Sequence record: MK308675.1
Reading direction: 5' to 3' (one strand)
Length of the DNA stretch: 64,000 nt
In this document: one piece after another, positions 46,997 to 59,068 of the stretch
Layout: the number at the start of each line of letters is the position of its first letter
Position numbering within the stretch: position 1 is the first letter of the stretch
The notes under the pieces: generated by a model
Databases searched by the model: none
Told to the model about the DNA's origin: nothing
The model's input: the letters and a program-made list of their open reading frames with translations, nothing else
Program-made: the position numbers and the translations under genes

Positions 46997-47637
46997 GGCG
47001 GTACTTCTCCGTGCTCTAGGATTTTATGTTGAAGTAGTAACGCTTCAACTTCTTTCTGTGAAAGAAACCCTGGAACTTCGGTACGTACATTTAAAGCCTT
47101 GCCGCTATACATACAAATCAAGCGGAAGGGCATGCGAGGTTCTTCACGTAACTGTCCCAGAGAAATGAACTCCTCTTTTGGCTCCACAATCAGTAAGCGG
47201 TTATGGCCGCCACTCCAAGGCTCCAGCTCGAAACGCGTAGGCATATCGGATTGGAAGCTATGCAGTGGGATAGCGTATTGCTTTCCTTTGAACTCATAGA
47301 CATAGTTACGGAGAGATAGTCCTACCTTAGAGAACGACCATTGAGGCAAGTCACAGAGAGGTATCTCTAAACACTCGAACTCTTCTCCCATTACAGGGAT
47401 TACGATAGACTGTCCATCTTTTATAGTATATGAACCTTTCGTCATATCAAAAGTGCGCCCGGTACTAACATGACAGAACGAACAGGACGTAGACATCGCC
47501 TGAGCGAATTCCTTTAGTTGCGTTTCCGGGGTTTTCATCAAAGAAACGGCAAGGGCCTTATCCATTTCGAAGAGGGCTTCGCTCGCTTCCTCTTGACCCG
47601 CATTAATTTGCTTTATTAGGTTAAAGTAGTTAGGCAT
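46987..47637 (-). CDS. Hypothetical protein
   Basis: 216 aa; SD AGGAG. Confidence 0.7.
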   Translation of the reverse strand: MPNYFNLIKQINAGQEEASEALFEMDKALAVSLMKTPETQLKEFAQAMSTSCSFCHVSTGRTFDMTKGSYTIKDGQSIVIPVMGEEFECLEIPLCDLPQWSFSKVGLSLRNYVYEFKGKQYAIPLHSFQSDMPTRFELEPWSGGHNRLLIVEPKEEFISLGQLREEPRMPFRLICMYSGKALNVRTEVPGFLSQKEVEALLLQHKILEHGEVPPCV

Positions 47638-48046
47638 TTTGTTTCTCCTGTTCTTTTAGCTTTTTAGCGTCAGTAATCTTCTCTTGAGTTTGAACAATCG
47701 CTGTATCAATCCAATCGTTACCGTTCTCGTCTAAACGAGTAGGACGCAAGTATTGGTCCATCTCTTTGGACAGCGCTTCTAGTTGACGCTCTGAGATAAA
47801 CTTAAAGCGACGTAGGTTCTTCGGTAAGAAAAGTCCACGGAAATGATAATGGCTACAGAAGTCTTTATCATTCTTTAGGCGACGAACGAAGGCCTCATAG
47901 AAACCTTCCTTATAAGCAGTAAGTAGTTTCTTACCTACTTTGTGCTTTTTGTTATATGGGTTCCAGTAGTTAGTCGGACCATACTTTTTGAAGTTCTCCG
48001 CACCTTCGCGTTTAGCTTGGAGAATCTGCTGCTGGAGCTTATTCAT
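47630..48046 (-). CDS. Hypothetical protein
   Basis: Start re-called at MNKLQQ. Confidence 0.65.
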   Translation of the reverse strand: MNKLQQQILQAKREGAENFKKYGPTNYWNPYNKKHKVGKKLLTAYKEGFYEAFVRRLKNDKDFCSHYHFRGLFLPKNLRRFKFISERQLEALSKEMDQYLRPTRLDENGNDWIDTAIVQTQEKITDAKKLKEQEKQNA

Positions 48047-48047
48047 G

Positions 48048-48560
48048 TTAGAGTTCCGTGTGTTTGTAGAAATACTCACGCTTTAGTCGTTCTTCGTAAG
48101 GAACAGGCGCATCTCCGTGGTTCATTAAGATGCGGTTGTGTGCCCAGTTTTGACAGCGACCTAAGATTTCTAGGTACGTGGCAATAGACTCTACGCCATC
48201 AGAGACGTAGGCCATCTCGTCACCTTCATTGCCCCAATCAGCAGGAATGAAGAGATGACACATGTCGTTACGTTTTTGGTAGACCTCACAGAGCTTGCCA
48301 TCTACTGCATAGACCGGCTTACCTGCTTCTTCGTAGATGCTTTCCATTCCGTTTTCCGCAGAGTAGAACGTAACCTTTGAAGAGAAGCTATCCTGCGCAT
48401 CTTCAGCATCTTTAAAATGTGCTACGACGATTGGCAGGTTATCTTCGTTGCGGGCGACGACAAAAGCCTGGAGATGTTCCGCAGCCGGACCACCGGTAAC
48501 TAGGATGGTTAGTACTTCTTCCGTATCTGGCTTCTGCCAGTTTAAAATAGACATGGTCAT
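48048..48560 (-). CDS. Hypothetical protein
   Basis: 170 aa; SD AAGGAG. Confidence 0.7.
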   Translation of the reverse strand: MTMSILNWQKPDTEEVLTILVTGGPAAEHLQAFVVARNEDNLPIVVAHFKDAEDAQDSFSSKVTFYSAENGMESIYEEAGKPVYAVDGKLCEVYQKRNDMCHLFIPADWGNEGDEMAYVSDGVESIATYLEILGRCQNWAHNRILMNHGDAPVPYEERLKREYFYKHTEL

Positions 48561-48571
48561 GGTAGTTCTCC

Positions 48572-49606
48572 TTAAACAGACGCGATGTAATGATTAAAAG
48601 CCGAGAGGCTCTCTTTAGCGAAGATGTGATTGACGATGATGCCTTCGAAGAGCTTAGCATTAGGTTTCTCCGGCAGGTCGGATTTAGCCATAATGTTTTT
48701 AACGCATTGACGGACATCTTCAATCGTGCGTTCCAGTTCGTCGAGTAAATCTTGAGTCATCTCACTACGTTTGATTTCCAGAATCTTCTTAGCTAAGTTT
48801 TCTTCTAGAGGTAGGGACAGATGGCTGTTCTCTGCGATATCCAAGCACTGGAAGGCAACACGATAAATGTGCCCCAAGGCCTTAGCATCGTAACCATTAC
48901 GTTCAGTGAGCTTCATGCGGTTGCCGTAGCCATTGAACTTCTTCTCGATTCCGTAGAAGAACTGCTCCGCTGGAGCGTTCAAGTTAAACTGCTTATCCTT
49001 AAAGCGAACCTTTGCGAACTTGCCTTTGTCGACGATGTCCACAAGGCCTTCTTCAACAAAGCGGTCTAAGTCAAAGGCGTCACGCACGTACTTAGCGTCT
49101 CGGTTGAACGTATCCATGATGGCCTGGAGCTCACGCATAGCGGAGATTTTACGGTCATAGTCCGCGCAGTGCGTTTCCATATACTCCATCATGCCCGTCA
49201 GTGACGTTGACAGCGCGTACTTACGTTGCGCCGATAGTTTATACCATAGTTCCGAAGAATAGAGGACGTAGGTTTCAGGAGTATACAACGTATCGATAAG
49301 GTTAGTATCGGTCTTCTCGATACATTCCGTAAATGACGTGATGGGTTTAACTTCAACTTCTAGGTCTGCTTCTTCCAGTTCCAGCTTAACGGTTTGACAA
49401 GCTCGGGAACTTAGGATATCCGAGCAGCTAGGCTGATACCATGCTTTAAAGTCTACGTCGGACTGGGCATCGGCTGTACCATGTAGATAGCTGCCCGACA
49501 CGCCTAAGAACAATAGCGTCCCGCCAATCTCTTTAACTGCGAGATTGACCTGTTCCAGTACGCTGAGCTCTTCTTCTTCCGTTAGGAAATCTCTTAGCTT
49601 TTTCAT
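48572..49606 (-). CDS. DNA pol-beta superfamily nucleotidyltransferase (RNA-repair-associated type)
   Basis: GVSGSYLHGT....SDVDFK; YDAKALGHIYR. Confidence 0.8.
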   Translation of the reverse strand: MKKLRDFLTEEEELSVLEQVNLAVKEIGGTLLFLGVSGSYLHGTADAQSDVDFKAWYQPSCSDILSSRACQTVKLELEEADLEVEVKPITSFTECIEKTDTNLIDTLYTPETYVLYSSELWYKLSAQRKYALSTSLTGMMEYMETHCADYDRKISAMRELQAIMDTFNRDAKYVRDAFDLDRFVEEGLVDIVDKGKFAKVRFKDKQFNLNAPAEQFFYGIEKKFNGYGNRMKLTERNGYDAKALGHIYRVAFQCLDIAENSHLSLPLEENLAKKILEIKRSEMTQDLLDELERTIEDVRQCVKNIMAKSDLPEKPNAKLFEGIIVNHIFAKESLSAFNHYIASV

Positions 49607-49607
49607 T

Positions 49608-50888
49608 TTAACCTCTTAAATATTTGCGAACGAAATCTACTTCGTTAGTTGCAGTGTTGAGTACCTTATGGCGCAGAATGTGATTACAGGCTTGTAGCTG
49701 GGCCTTATGAATGAGGTCCGGCACAGACTTCTTGTTAGCGCAGTTTTCTGCAATCGACTTTGAGTCCACGCCCTTGAGTTGTTCAACGGCCTCAAAGAAC
49801 AAGTAGACTTGCTCATAGCGCTTACTTTCAAACTCTGCGATTTCTTCCCGCTTGTGTCCTCGGCCTCGAGCATCTGAGATACACACCGCCATGGTGCCCG
49901 CCAATAAGCGAGGGTTCTGAACCGCACGGTGCTCTCGAATAATCTCTAAGAGTTTCTTCTTAGTTATTTGAGAACCTTTGGTCGTCGACTGGTGAATCTT
50001 AGTGTGGTTCTTACAGGCAACTAGCGCTAGCTTACGATATTGACTAGGCACTTTCCAGTCATCGCAGAACTTCTCGATTAAAGGAAGGCCCACCTCAGCA
50101 TGACCGTAAGCATTGCCTCGTTCTCTATAGCAAGAAGGCTTCCCAATGTCGTGTAGGAACGCGGCTAACGTGACTTTAGGACAACCGAAGACCTTAGCTG
50201 CATAGTCCGTGACAAGTCTCGTATGGTTCGCTACGTTGCCTTCTGGGTGGTGTTCTAGATTCTGAGGTGTATCTTCATATTCTCCCCATAGACCATAAGC
50301 ACCGACATCAGAAAGGAACTTGAAGAACGTAGAAATAGAACCGCCATGGACGATAACCTTTTCGAGTTCTCGCCACCAACGTTCCCGTGATACTTCTTCT
50401 AGATGCTCAGAAGCGATACGACATTCGCGGTAAAGTTCTGCTGTAGGCTCTAGGTCATAAAGAGCTAAGAAGCGAGCAGCACGCAGGACACGAAGTGGGT
50501 CTTCATGGAAATGTTTACCGATAGGACGTAGCATGCGTTGCTCTACGTCTTTAATGAAACCATGTGGGTCGATGAACTCTTCTTTCTCTTCGTCATACGC
50601 GATAGCATTGATGGTGAAGTCACGGCGCAACAGGTCCTCTTCTAACGTAACGCCTTCCCAGTTACAATCGAAGCCAGTATGACCTACACCTTCTTTCTTA
50701 TCAGTGCGGGCAAGGGCGTGCTCGTCACCGTACGCATCCATAAAGACAGGGAAGTCTTTACCGATTTGTATAAAGCCTTGACGGACCATCGAAGTAGGGG
50801 TTTCATTAATAACCACGTAGTCCACGTCTTTAGGTTCAAGTCTCATTAACTTATTGCGGCACCAGCCACCTACTATATATTTTTCCAT
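49608..50888 (-). CDS. cca: CCA-adding tRNA nucleotidyltransferase with HD domain
   Basis: VGGWCR, KDVDYVV, GKDFPVF, EDLLRRDFTINA, EDPLRVLRAARF, HHPEG, HDIGK. Confidence 0.92.
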   Translation of the reverse strand: MEKYIVGGWCRNKLMRLEPKDVDYVVINETPTSMVRQGFIQIGKDFPVFMDAYGDEHALARTDKKEGVGHTGFDCNWEGVTLEEDLLRRDFTINAIAYDEEKEEFIDPHGFIKDVEQRMLRPIGKHFHEDPLRVLRAARFLALYDLEPTAELYRECRIASEHLEEVSRERWWRELEKVIVHGGSISTFFKFLSDVGAYGLWGEYEDTPQNLEHHPEGNVANHTRLVTDYAAKVFGCPKVTLAAFLHDIGKPSCYRERGNAYGHAEVGLPLIEKFCDDWKVPSQYRKLALVACKNHTKIHQSTTKGSQITKKKLLEIIREHRAVQNPRLLAGTMAVCISDARGRGHKREEIAEFESKRYEQVYLFFEAVEQLKGVDSKSIAENCANKKSVPDLIHKAQLQACNHILRHKVLNTATNEVDFVRKYLRG

Positions 50889-50940
50889 TTTGAAAATCCT
50901 TAATAAAGCCGTAGTCTAAAACAGACTACGGCAGGGATGA

Positions 50941-51495
50941 TTAATCTGCTCCAGGAGGAGGCGTTTGTAGTGTGTACTCTGGCTGGTACCCGTTACCGTT
51001 AGTTCCGTCGAAAACTCGACGCTCCATCTTGGCGTTGTCGTCTCCAACGAAAAGTCTGTGATGGTTTCTTCTGTCGTTCTTTGGAGGAATCATTTCCGAA
51101 GACATGTCTTCCACGTAGTCCTTAGGCGGTTTTTCGTTAGACTCAAACTCTTCCTTGCGATATGGTTCCAGTAACGCGTTCGCAATCACCGATACTGCCG
51201 CATAAGCACCTTCTTCTTTCATGTTCATGCGAGCAATATCTTCTGCGTCTTTCGGCATAGCGTTTTGGATTTTCTCCAGTTCGTCCACAATGGGGCGAAG
51301 CTTCGCTAATGCTTTGGCCACAGATACGGTAGCGTTGGTGTTGATATATAGAGACTGGTTAACCATCTCGCGATAACGCTTCTTATAGTGCGCTGCACGT
51401 TTCTTGGCTTTAGATGTGGTTAGGTAATGTGAGATTGCCCAACCGACCATGATACCGGCACCCGAGAACAATACAGCCATTATTGATTCATTCAT
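50941..51495 (-). CDS. Membrane-anchored hypothetical protein
   Basis: N-terminal TM segment, coiled coil, C-terminal GNGYQP...PPPG. Confidence 0.65.
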   Translation of the reverse strand: MNESIMAVLFSGAGIMVGWAISHYLTTSKAKKRAAHYKKRYREMVNQSLYINTNATVSVAKALAKLRPIVDELEKIQNAMPKDAEDIARMNMKEEGAYAAVSVIANALLEPYRKEEFESNEKPPKDYVEDMSSEMIPPKNDRRNHHRLFVGDDNAKMERRVFDGTNGNGYQPEYTLQTPPPGAD

Positions 51496-52361
51496 TATAG
51501 TTTACCTGTTGCTTTAAAGAGGAAATTGATTTCGGTAAGTTTAGTGTTGACAGAATCAATTCTGAACTGACCGTCGGGTAGGAAGTAAATAGATGCCACT
51601 TCGACATCGACGCAATCTTCCGTACTAAAGAAACGCTTAATGGTTTCACCTTGGACCGGATGCTCCACTGAAGCTGAGAGCATTTCCAGACGAGCAACTT
51701 CAGAAGGTCTGCGAGTGGACTGAATGCTAACATCTTCCAGGTTAATATTGTTCTTGCCTCCAGGCCAGTGAATGTACTGACCCATTAGCTCAAACACATT
51801 CCCCTGAACCGGTCCGCCGTTACGTACAGCTAGGGTGTAAGGGATAGTAAATTCCGGAGTTTCCTGTTTGACAATCTGCATCTTGAAGTCAAATGCGTCG
51901 AGGCCATCTGTACGAACGTAACTATGTTCGCCTTTTCGATTGAAACATAAAAAGGTACCTGGGCAACTAGAATACCGAGATACGACCGTAGACCGTGGAG
52001 CCGTCTGTAGTGCGGCAGGTAGACGAGAATCTTCGACGATGATTCGGATACCGAAGACATTTAGTAATGCCTCCATATTTCCGCCTTTGGCTTGGAATAG
52101 TTGCTTATCGACAACTAGAATCTCGGGTGGATTTTCGATGATGTCTTGTGGCGATTTGTAACCCATCACGTTCTCGGTAAAGTAGCCGATGCGTTTTAAG
52201 GCGTGCTTGTGAGCTAGGAGTTCCGACAGATGTAGGGCTAACTGCGAAGTACCTGAAAAGGTATCTCCTAGGACCCGATAAAGGCGCTGTTTACCTAAAG
52301 CCTTCGCGTTGAAGGACGTCTTTACAGTTGTTTTAGTTTGCGAAAGAAATGTGCTGTTCAT
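51495..52361 (-). CDS. Hypothetical protein, possibly a degenerate P-loop
   Basis: GDTFSGTS and ILVVD. Confidence 0.6.
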   Translation of the reverse strand: MNSTFLSQTKTTVKTSFNAKALGKQRLYRVLGDTFSGTSQLALHLSELLAHKHALKRIGYFTENVMGYKSPQDIIENPPEILVVDKQLFQAKGGNMEALLNVFGIRIIVEDSRLPAALQTAPRSTVVSRYSSCPGTFLCFNRKGEHSYVRTDGLDAFDFKMQIVKQETPEFTIPYTLAVRNGGPVQGNVFELMGQYIHWPGGKNNINLEDVSIQSTRRPSEVARLEMLSASVEHPVQGETIKRFFSTEDCVDVEVASIYFLPDGQFRIDSVNTKLTEINFLFKATGKL

Positions 52362-52434
52362 GAGATAGACTCCGGCATAATTACGTTTATAAGCGATTGG
52401 TCTTTACGTGACCTAACGATGTAACATGACGCAG

Positions 52435-52914
52435 TTACGGGCGAATGCGTTTAAAGTCATCGCGGACTTTCTGGATGTAGACAACATCATATCGATAGAC
52501 ACTTCGTAGAATGTCTACAACTGAGTCTAGCCACACTTCGAGAATTTCGCGAGGATACTTCTCTGTTTCAAAGGCGGCTTGTTTACATATCCATTCCATG
52601 TGAGCGACAGCAGATGCGTCGTTCTTAGAAAGGTTTCTTACCGAGGCTTTCGCTGCTTGCTTAGATGCCAGTTTAATATGGTCCAGTAAGAAGTATGCGA
52701 AAAGGTTTGTTGCATTAGCGTGGATGGTCTGGTAAATAGGTCGCTTACATTTGCGACATTTATAGCCAGGCTTAACTGCGGGGTCTTCATAGCTGTACTG
52801 AAACAACATGAGTTGGCGAGTCTCACAATCAGGACACTCTAACTCACGTCGGTTCATGACGGCACCTAGGTAGTCGCGATAGACTGCTCCGTTAAATAAA
52901 GTTTGGTCTAACAT
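52435..52914 (-). CDS. Zn-ribbon-containing hypothetical protein
   Basis: CPDC...CRKC. Confidence 0.65.
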   Translation of the reverse strand: MLDQTLFNGAVYRDYLGAVMNRRELECPDCETRQLMLFQYSYEDPAVKPGYKCRKCKRPIYQTIHANATNLFAYFLLDHIKLASKQAAKASVRNLSKNDASAVAHMEWICKQAAFETEKYPREILEVWLDSVVDILRSVYRYDVVYIQKVRDDFKRIRP

Positions 52915-52951
52915 ATAGTCTCCTATCTAAAAAATTTTAAGATAAGGTTTA

Positions 52952-52983
52952 TTATCCCTCTGCTCCTAAGAACAGAGGGATAA
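52952..52983 (-). terminator. Terminator
   Basis: 11-bp stem. Confidence 0.7.
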
Positions 52984-52986
52984 GGC

Positions 52987-53844
52987 TTAGCTGATGCGCA
53001 AGTAAGTTACGCCCGTAGCGTTTCCACCGGCATACCCGATGCGGTTTGCTGAAGGGTCGTACGTCAAGAACAGCTCTTTGACTTCTTCATCTTCGTAGTA
53101 CTGGTCTTTATAGAACATCTTGATGTTGCCTGCATCGTAGATGAGTTCTTTGAACCACATCGGTTTCTGTTCTAAGCGGTAGCCGCCAGGAATGTCGTCA
53201 TCCACATCGTTATCGCGAAGGTCGTCTTCGCCCATAAGCACATCTTCAAAGAAGCGTAACTCAACGATATCCGCTGGGTTGCCGTCCATGTGGTAAGATT
53301 GCTCACGAAGATTCATCTCGCCGTGTAAACGATAAGACGTATTCTTTCTCGCGGGAATCACAGCCGTTGCAATGTGCGCATATTCGCCAGACAGATAAAG
53401 TTCTGACTTTTCTGAAGACGCAGTACATTCTTGCTGAATGTAGCCGTGCAGTACGTTGGTCATAGAAGAATCTGTAACCACGATAATGTGTTTCTTCTCT
53501 AGCTGTTTGCGATAGCGATTAAAGAACTCAAAGTTACGTTCGATACGTAGGTCCAGAATAAAGATGTCGTAAGCGCTAGCCACGATTTCTTCGGACTGGT
53601 CTTCCCACATGCGCTCACTGCCGCTATGGAAGATAAGTTTAGGTGTGCCTTTAGCATCGAAGTATTCCGCTAGACGGAAACCTGCCGCTTGTGCCCAACT
53701 CCACTGACCGCAATGTTTTTCGCCGGTGAACTCTAGTTGAGCAGGGAAGTCAGGGTCTTGCACCATGATTTCCATGTAGCGAGTACCTAAAGCATTGAAG
53801 GTATCAAAGAAGAACATTGCGCGGGCGATGTTTAAGAATTTCAT
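52987..53844 (-). CDS. Hypothetical protein
   Basis: 285 aa. Confidence 0.75.
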   Translation of the reverse strand: MKFLNIARAMFFFDTFNALGTRYMEIMVQDPDFPAQLEFTGEKHCGQWSWAQAAGFRLAEYFDAKGTPKLIFHSGSERMWEDQSEEIVASAYDIFILDLRIERNFEFFNRYRKQLEKKHIIVVTDSSMTNVLHGYIQQECTASSEKSELYLSGEYAHIATAVIPARKNTSYRLHGEMNLREQSYHMDGNPADIVELRFFEDVLMGEDDLRDNDVDDDIPGGYRLEQKPMWFKELIYDAGNIKMFYKDQYYEDEEVKELFLTYDPSANRIGYAGGNATGVTYLRIS

Positions 53845-53892
53845 AACGTCCTCGTTAATAAAGTTAAATAAGAATAGTCAGATTAGCAGTCT

Positions 53893-53905
53893 GGCTATAT
53901 AGGTT
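53893..53905 (-). promoter_or_regulatory. Variant early promoter AACCTATATAGCC
   Basis: 11/13 match to the early motif, upstream of a minus-strand gene. Confidence 0.5.
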
Positions 53906-53907
53906 TA

Positions 53908-55059
53908 TTATCCTCTTCGCTTACGCGTTTCGTGTAAGTTTTGAAGAGCCAGTTTAACAGCGTGGCGGGCACCAGAGATTTTCTCTTCGCAGCCGAAACT
54001 GATGTCGATGCCTTCATTGTCGCAGCCGAACTTCCCAGCTGACTTCAGAACGCCATCGCCGCGAGATTTTACTGACCAACGTCTCCAGCGTTTCTCTCCA
54101 GGCCAACGACTCCATGTTTGTTTGTACTCCGTCATGTACACGTCGAACCAAACACGCTCCATCGGATAGCCTTCGCAGTACAAGGAAGTTTCTAAGATAG
54201 CGTCAATGTGCGTGCCACCGTCATCTACGATATCGTCTCGGCCTTTAAGTAGTCGCTCCCAACTGAGGTAATGGTGTAAGCCTCTCCATCCGTCCGTATT
54301 TCCGCAATCATCATAGAAGAACGTACTCACCATATGTTCTTTACACATGTAGAAGCCCGTAATACGAGACTCGCGAACTAAGTAACTTAGGAAAGGTAGT
54401 TCCGCTGAGAAGTATCCGCCGAACAAAACGAAGTTAAAACGTAGACTGAAGTTTGTCTCATCACCGTAGCCCGTATAAACTTCAAAACGTGGCCAACCTG
54501 GCCCTTCCCAGCCCCACTCCAAGCGTAGGTCGCCTAAGTGTAAGTAACATTCATTGGTGTTCTTAACTCGGTGGAACCATATGGCATCTTTACAGCGCTG
54601 CCACAGCGTCATGCGCTTACCTTTCTCCACGGGAACTACGATGCGATGCAGAGACTTGTGTAAGGCCCAAACTCCACAGAACCCATAAACGATGAGCTGT
54701 AGGTTAAAGATGAGTAAATCGATTATAGGCAAGTAGCTCCCGTCCATACCGCACATTCGCGCGATTACCGCAAGTACTACCAGGTAGCCGAAAACTTCTC
54801 TGGGTTTCTGACGACTATAAGAACTAGTCTCTCTTACTGACCCTAGGGTTACCAGCGAGGCCAATAGAAGCCATGCGGTATAGACCATCAGGGACTCAGG
54901 GGAAACGATACCGAGATACGGCACATACTCGCGCCCCATGAAGTAAGTAATCGCCATATCCCAGCCAACATCCATTACAGAGAACAACAACATTAAGAAA
55001 AAGGCGAACGTTGACGCAGCTTGGAACGTCGCCCCTTTCTCTTTAAATAGGTTAAGCAT
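53908..55059 (-). CDS. Multi-pass membrane protein with soluble C-terminal domain
   Basis: About four N-terminal TM segments. Confidence 0.7.
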   Translation of the reverse strand: MLNLFKEKGATFQAASTFAFFLMLLFSVMDVGWDMAITYFMGREYVPYLGIVSPESLMVYTAWLLLASLVTLGSVRETSSYSRQKPREVFGYLVVLAVIARMCGMDGSYLPIIDLLIFNLQLIVYGFCGVWALHKSLHRIVVPVEKGKRMTLWQRCKDAIWFHRVKNTNECYLHLGDLRLEWGWEGPGWPRFEVYTGYGDETNFSLRFNFVLFGGYFSAELPFLSYLVRESRITGFYMCKEHMVSTFFYDDCGNTDGWRGLHHYLSWERLLKGRDDIVDDGGTHIDAILETSLYCEGYPMERVWFDVYMTEYKQTWSRWPGEKRWRRWSVKSRGDGVLKSAGKFGCDNEGIDISFGCEEKISGARHAVKLALQNLHETRKRRG

Positions 55060-55144
55060 TTCTTATCTCCTTAGTTTATTACCAATAGATTTTAAGCGAG
55101 GGTTAAAAGTAACAAGGCCCTGTCCGAAGACAGAGCCCTGCTGT

Positions 55145-55795
55145 TTATTTCATGTACGGTTTAAATTCCGTCCAGTGTACCGGAAACTCCGGCAGTAGGT
55201 TAAGCGTATCTAAGGTATAGATTAGCGAACGTCCTGTCATTTCACCGGCCTCGAAGAACTGCACGAGCTTTAACGCAGCAGCATATAAGAGGTCCTTGCC
55301 TTGACTCTGCCACGGCACAGATACTGTTTCGAAGGTACTTCTTCCGTCTTCTAGGAAAGACAGGTTAATACTCTTGTCAGTTAAATGTACTTCGGCGAGA
55401 CGCAGACTCTCCGCCTTAGGGTAGGAAAGTATCAGTTCTAAACTAGCTTTTACTTTTTCTACTCGGGCAGGTAAAGTCTTGTACGCGGTATTTAGAGGAG
55501 AACACATTAGCTGCCCTCCTTTTAGTTCTATCCCAAATGAGCCAGAAGAACGGCCCATCGTGAACGCAATTTCAGTTACGTTTTCATTAGTGTGGTGTTT
55601 GACTCCGTGAGCTGGGTTCTCACCTACGACCGGCACGACGTCAATCTTTTCCACAGCAACTAAAGCGATTGAAAAGTTATTAGCGTCTGCGGGAACATTG
55701 TTTAACACACACGGTTCTTGTGCTAAGTCAATGCTCCCACCGTCGATGGGTAAGTCCAACTCTAAAAACGTACGTTTTGTCGAACGAGTTTTCAT
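55145..55795 (-). CDS. Hypothetical protein
   Basis: 216 aa; SD AAGGAG. Confidence 0.7.
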   Translation of the reverse strand: MKTRSTKRTFLELDLPIDGGSIDLAQEPCVLNNVPADANNFSIALVAVEKIDVVPVVGENPAHGVKHHTNENVTEIAFTMGRSSGSFGIELKGGQLMCSPLNTAYKTLPARVEKVKASLELILSYPKAESLRLAEVHLTDKSINLSFLEDGRSTFETVSVPWQSQGKDLLYAAALKLVQFFEAGEMTGRSLIYTLDTLNLLPEFPVHWTEFKPYMK

Positions 55796-55823
55796 TGTTG
55801 TTCTCCTTGTAAAGTCATAGGAT

Positions 55824-58285
<2,462 letters not shown>

Positions 58286-58287
58286 GA

Positions 58288-58737
58288 CTATCTCCTCGGG
58301 AAGTTACGGAGAGCGTAGTCGTCATAGACTCCGCCGAATATCCAGCTATTAAGGACGCCGGTATAGAACAGACATAAGCTTGACGCAAAGTCATTGGCCA
58401 ATGTCGTATCTTCTCCGTAGAAGGTTAAATAAGTAATACCTCCGGCACAACAAGCCAGAGCGATTAAGATGATTCCGCGACGAGTTTCCCACTTCCCTAG
58501 CTGAGTGTCCTCACCTACTGCGGAGCCTCCTTCTCCATTAACGTGGTTGTCTGTAGCTGCACCGAACACATAGCCGGCGATTACTAGAGCACACATTAAA
58601 AGGAGAGAAGAGGCTAGCGTGGCATGGAGAGAAGATTCGCCTTCTCCCCAGCCTAACAGATACAGTAAGATGAAGGCAGCCCAACTTAGAGATAGCTTAA
58701 TCGTGAGACGTCGCATACCCCAGTTTGCTTTAGACAT
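58288..58737 (-). CDS. Internally duplicated 4-TM membrane protein (holin-like)
   Basis: Two copies of W..RR...TM..G.....A..TM..FG...D. Confidence 0.55.
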   Translation of the reverse strand: MSKANWGMRRLTIKLSLSWAAFILLYLLGWGEGESSLHATLASSLLLMCALVIAGYVFGAATDNHVNGEGGSAVGEDTQLGKWETRRGIILIALACCAGGITYLTFYGEDTTLANDFASSLCLFYTGVLNSWIFGGVYDDYALRNFPRR

Positions 58738-59059
58738 CTATGTCTCCTGTTTCTATTTTGAAGAACTCCGCTTCATGCGGGACTAGCTCTTGGCTACCAT
58801 AGGGACCGGTTTCTGCCAACGTTTTAATTCGTCTGGCGAACTCGGCTGGCCAGCGGACAATCATCTGCTTTATGGCGTAGAGTGCAGCTAGGTCATCAGG
58901 ACAACTAGAGGCCAACGCATAGCAATCGACTAACGCCTGAAGCTGTTCCTCTAGCGTTTTGTCGCCACCTGGAATCGACGGAAACTCAGTACCGAGATAG
59001 GCACAGACTTCGAAGTACCGCTTTACTGTTTTGGTTGTTACGCGAACATTAACAGTCAT
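58730..59059 (-). CDS. Hypothetical protein
   Basis: 109 aa. Confidence 0.7.
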   Translation of the reverse strand: MTVNVRVTTKTVKRYFEVCAYLGTEFPSIPGGDKTLEEQLQALVDCYALASSCPDDLAALYAIKQMIVRWPAEFARRIKTLAETGPYGSQELVPHEAEFFKIETGDIDV

Positions 59060-59068
59060 GTGTATTCC

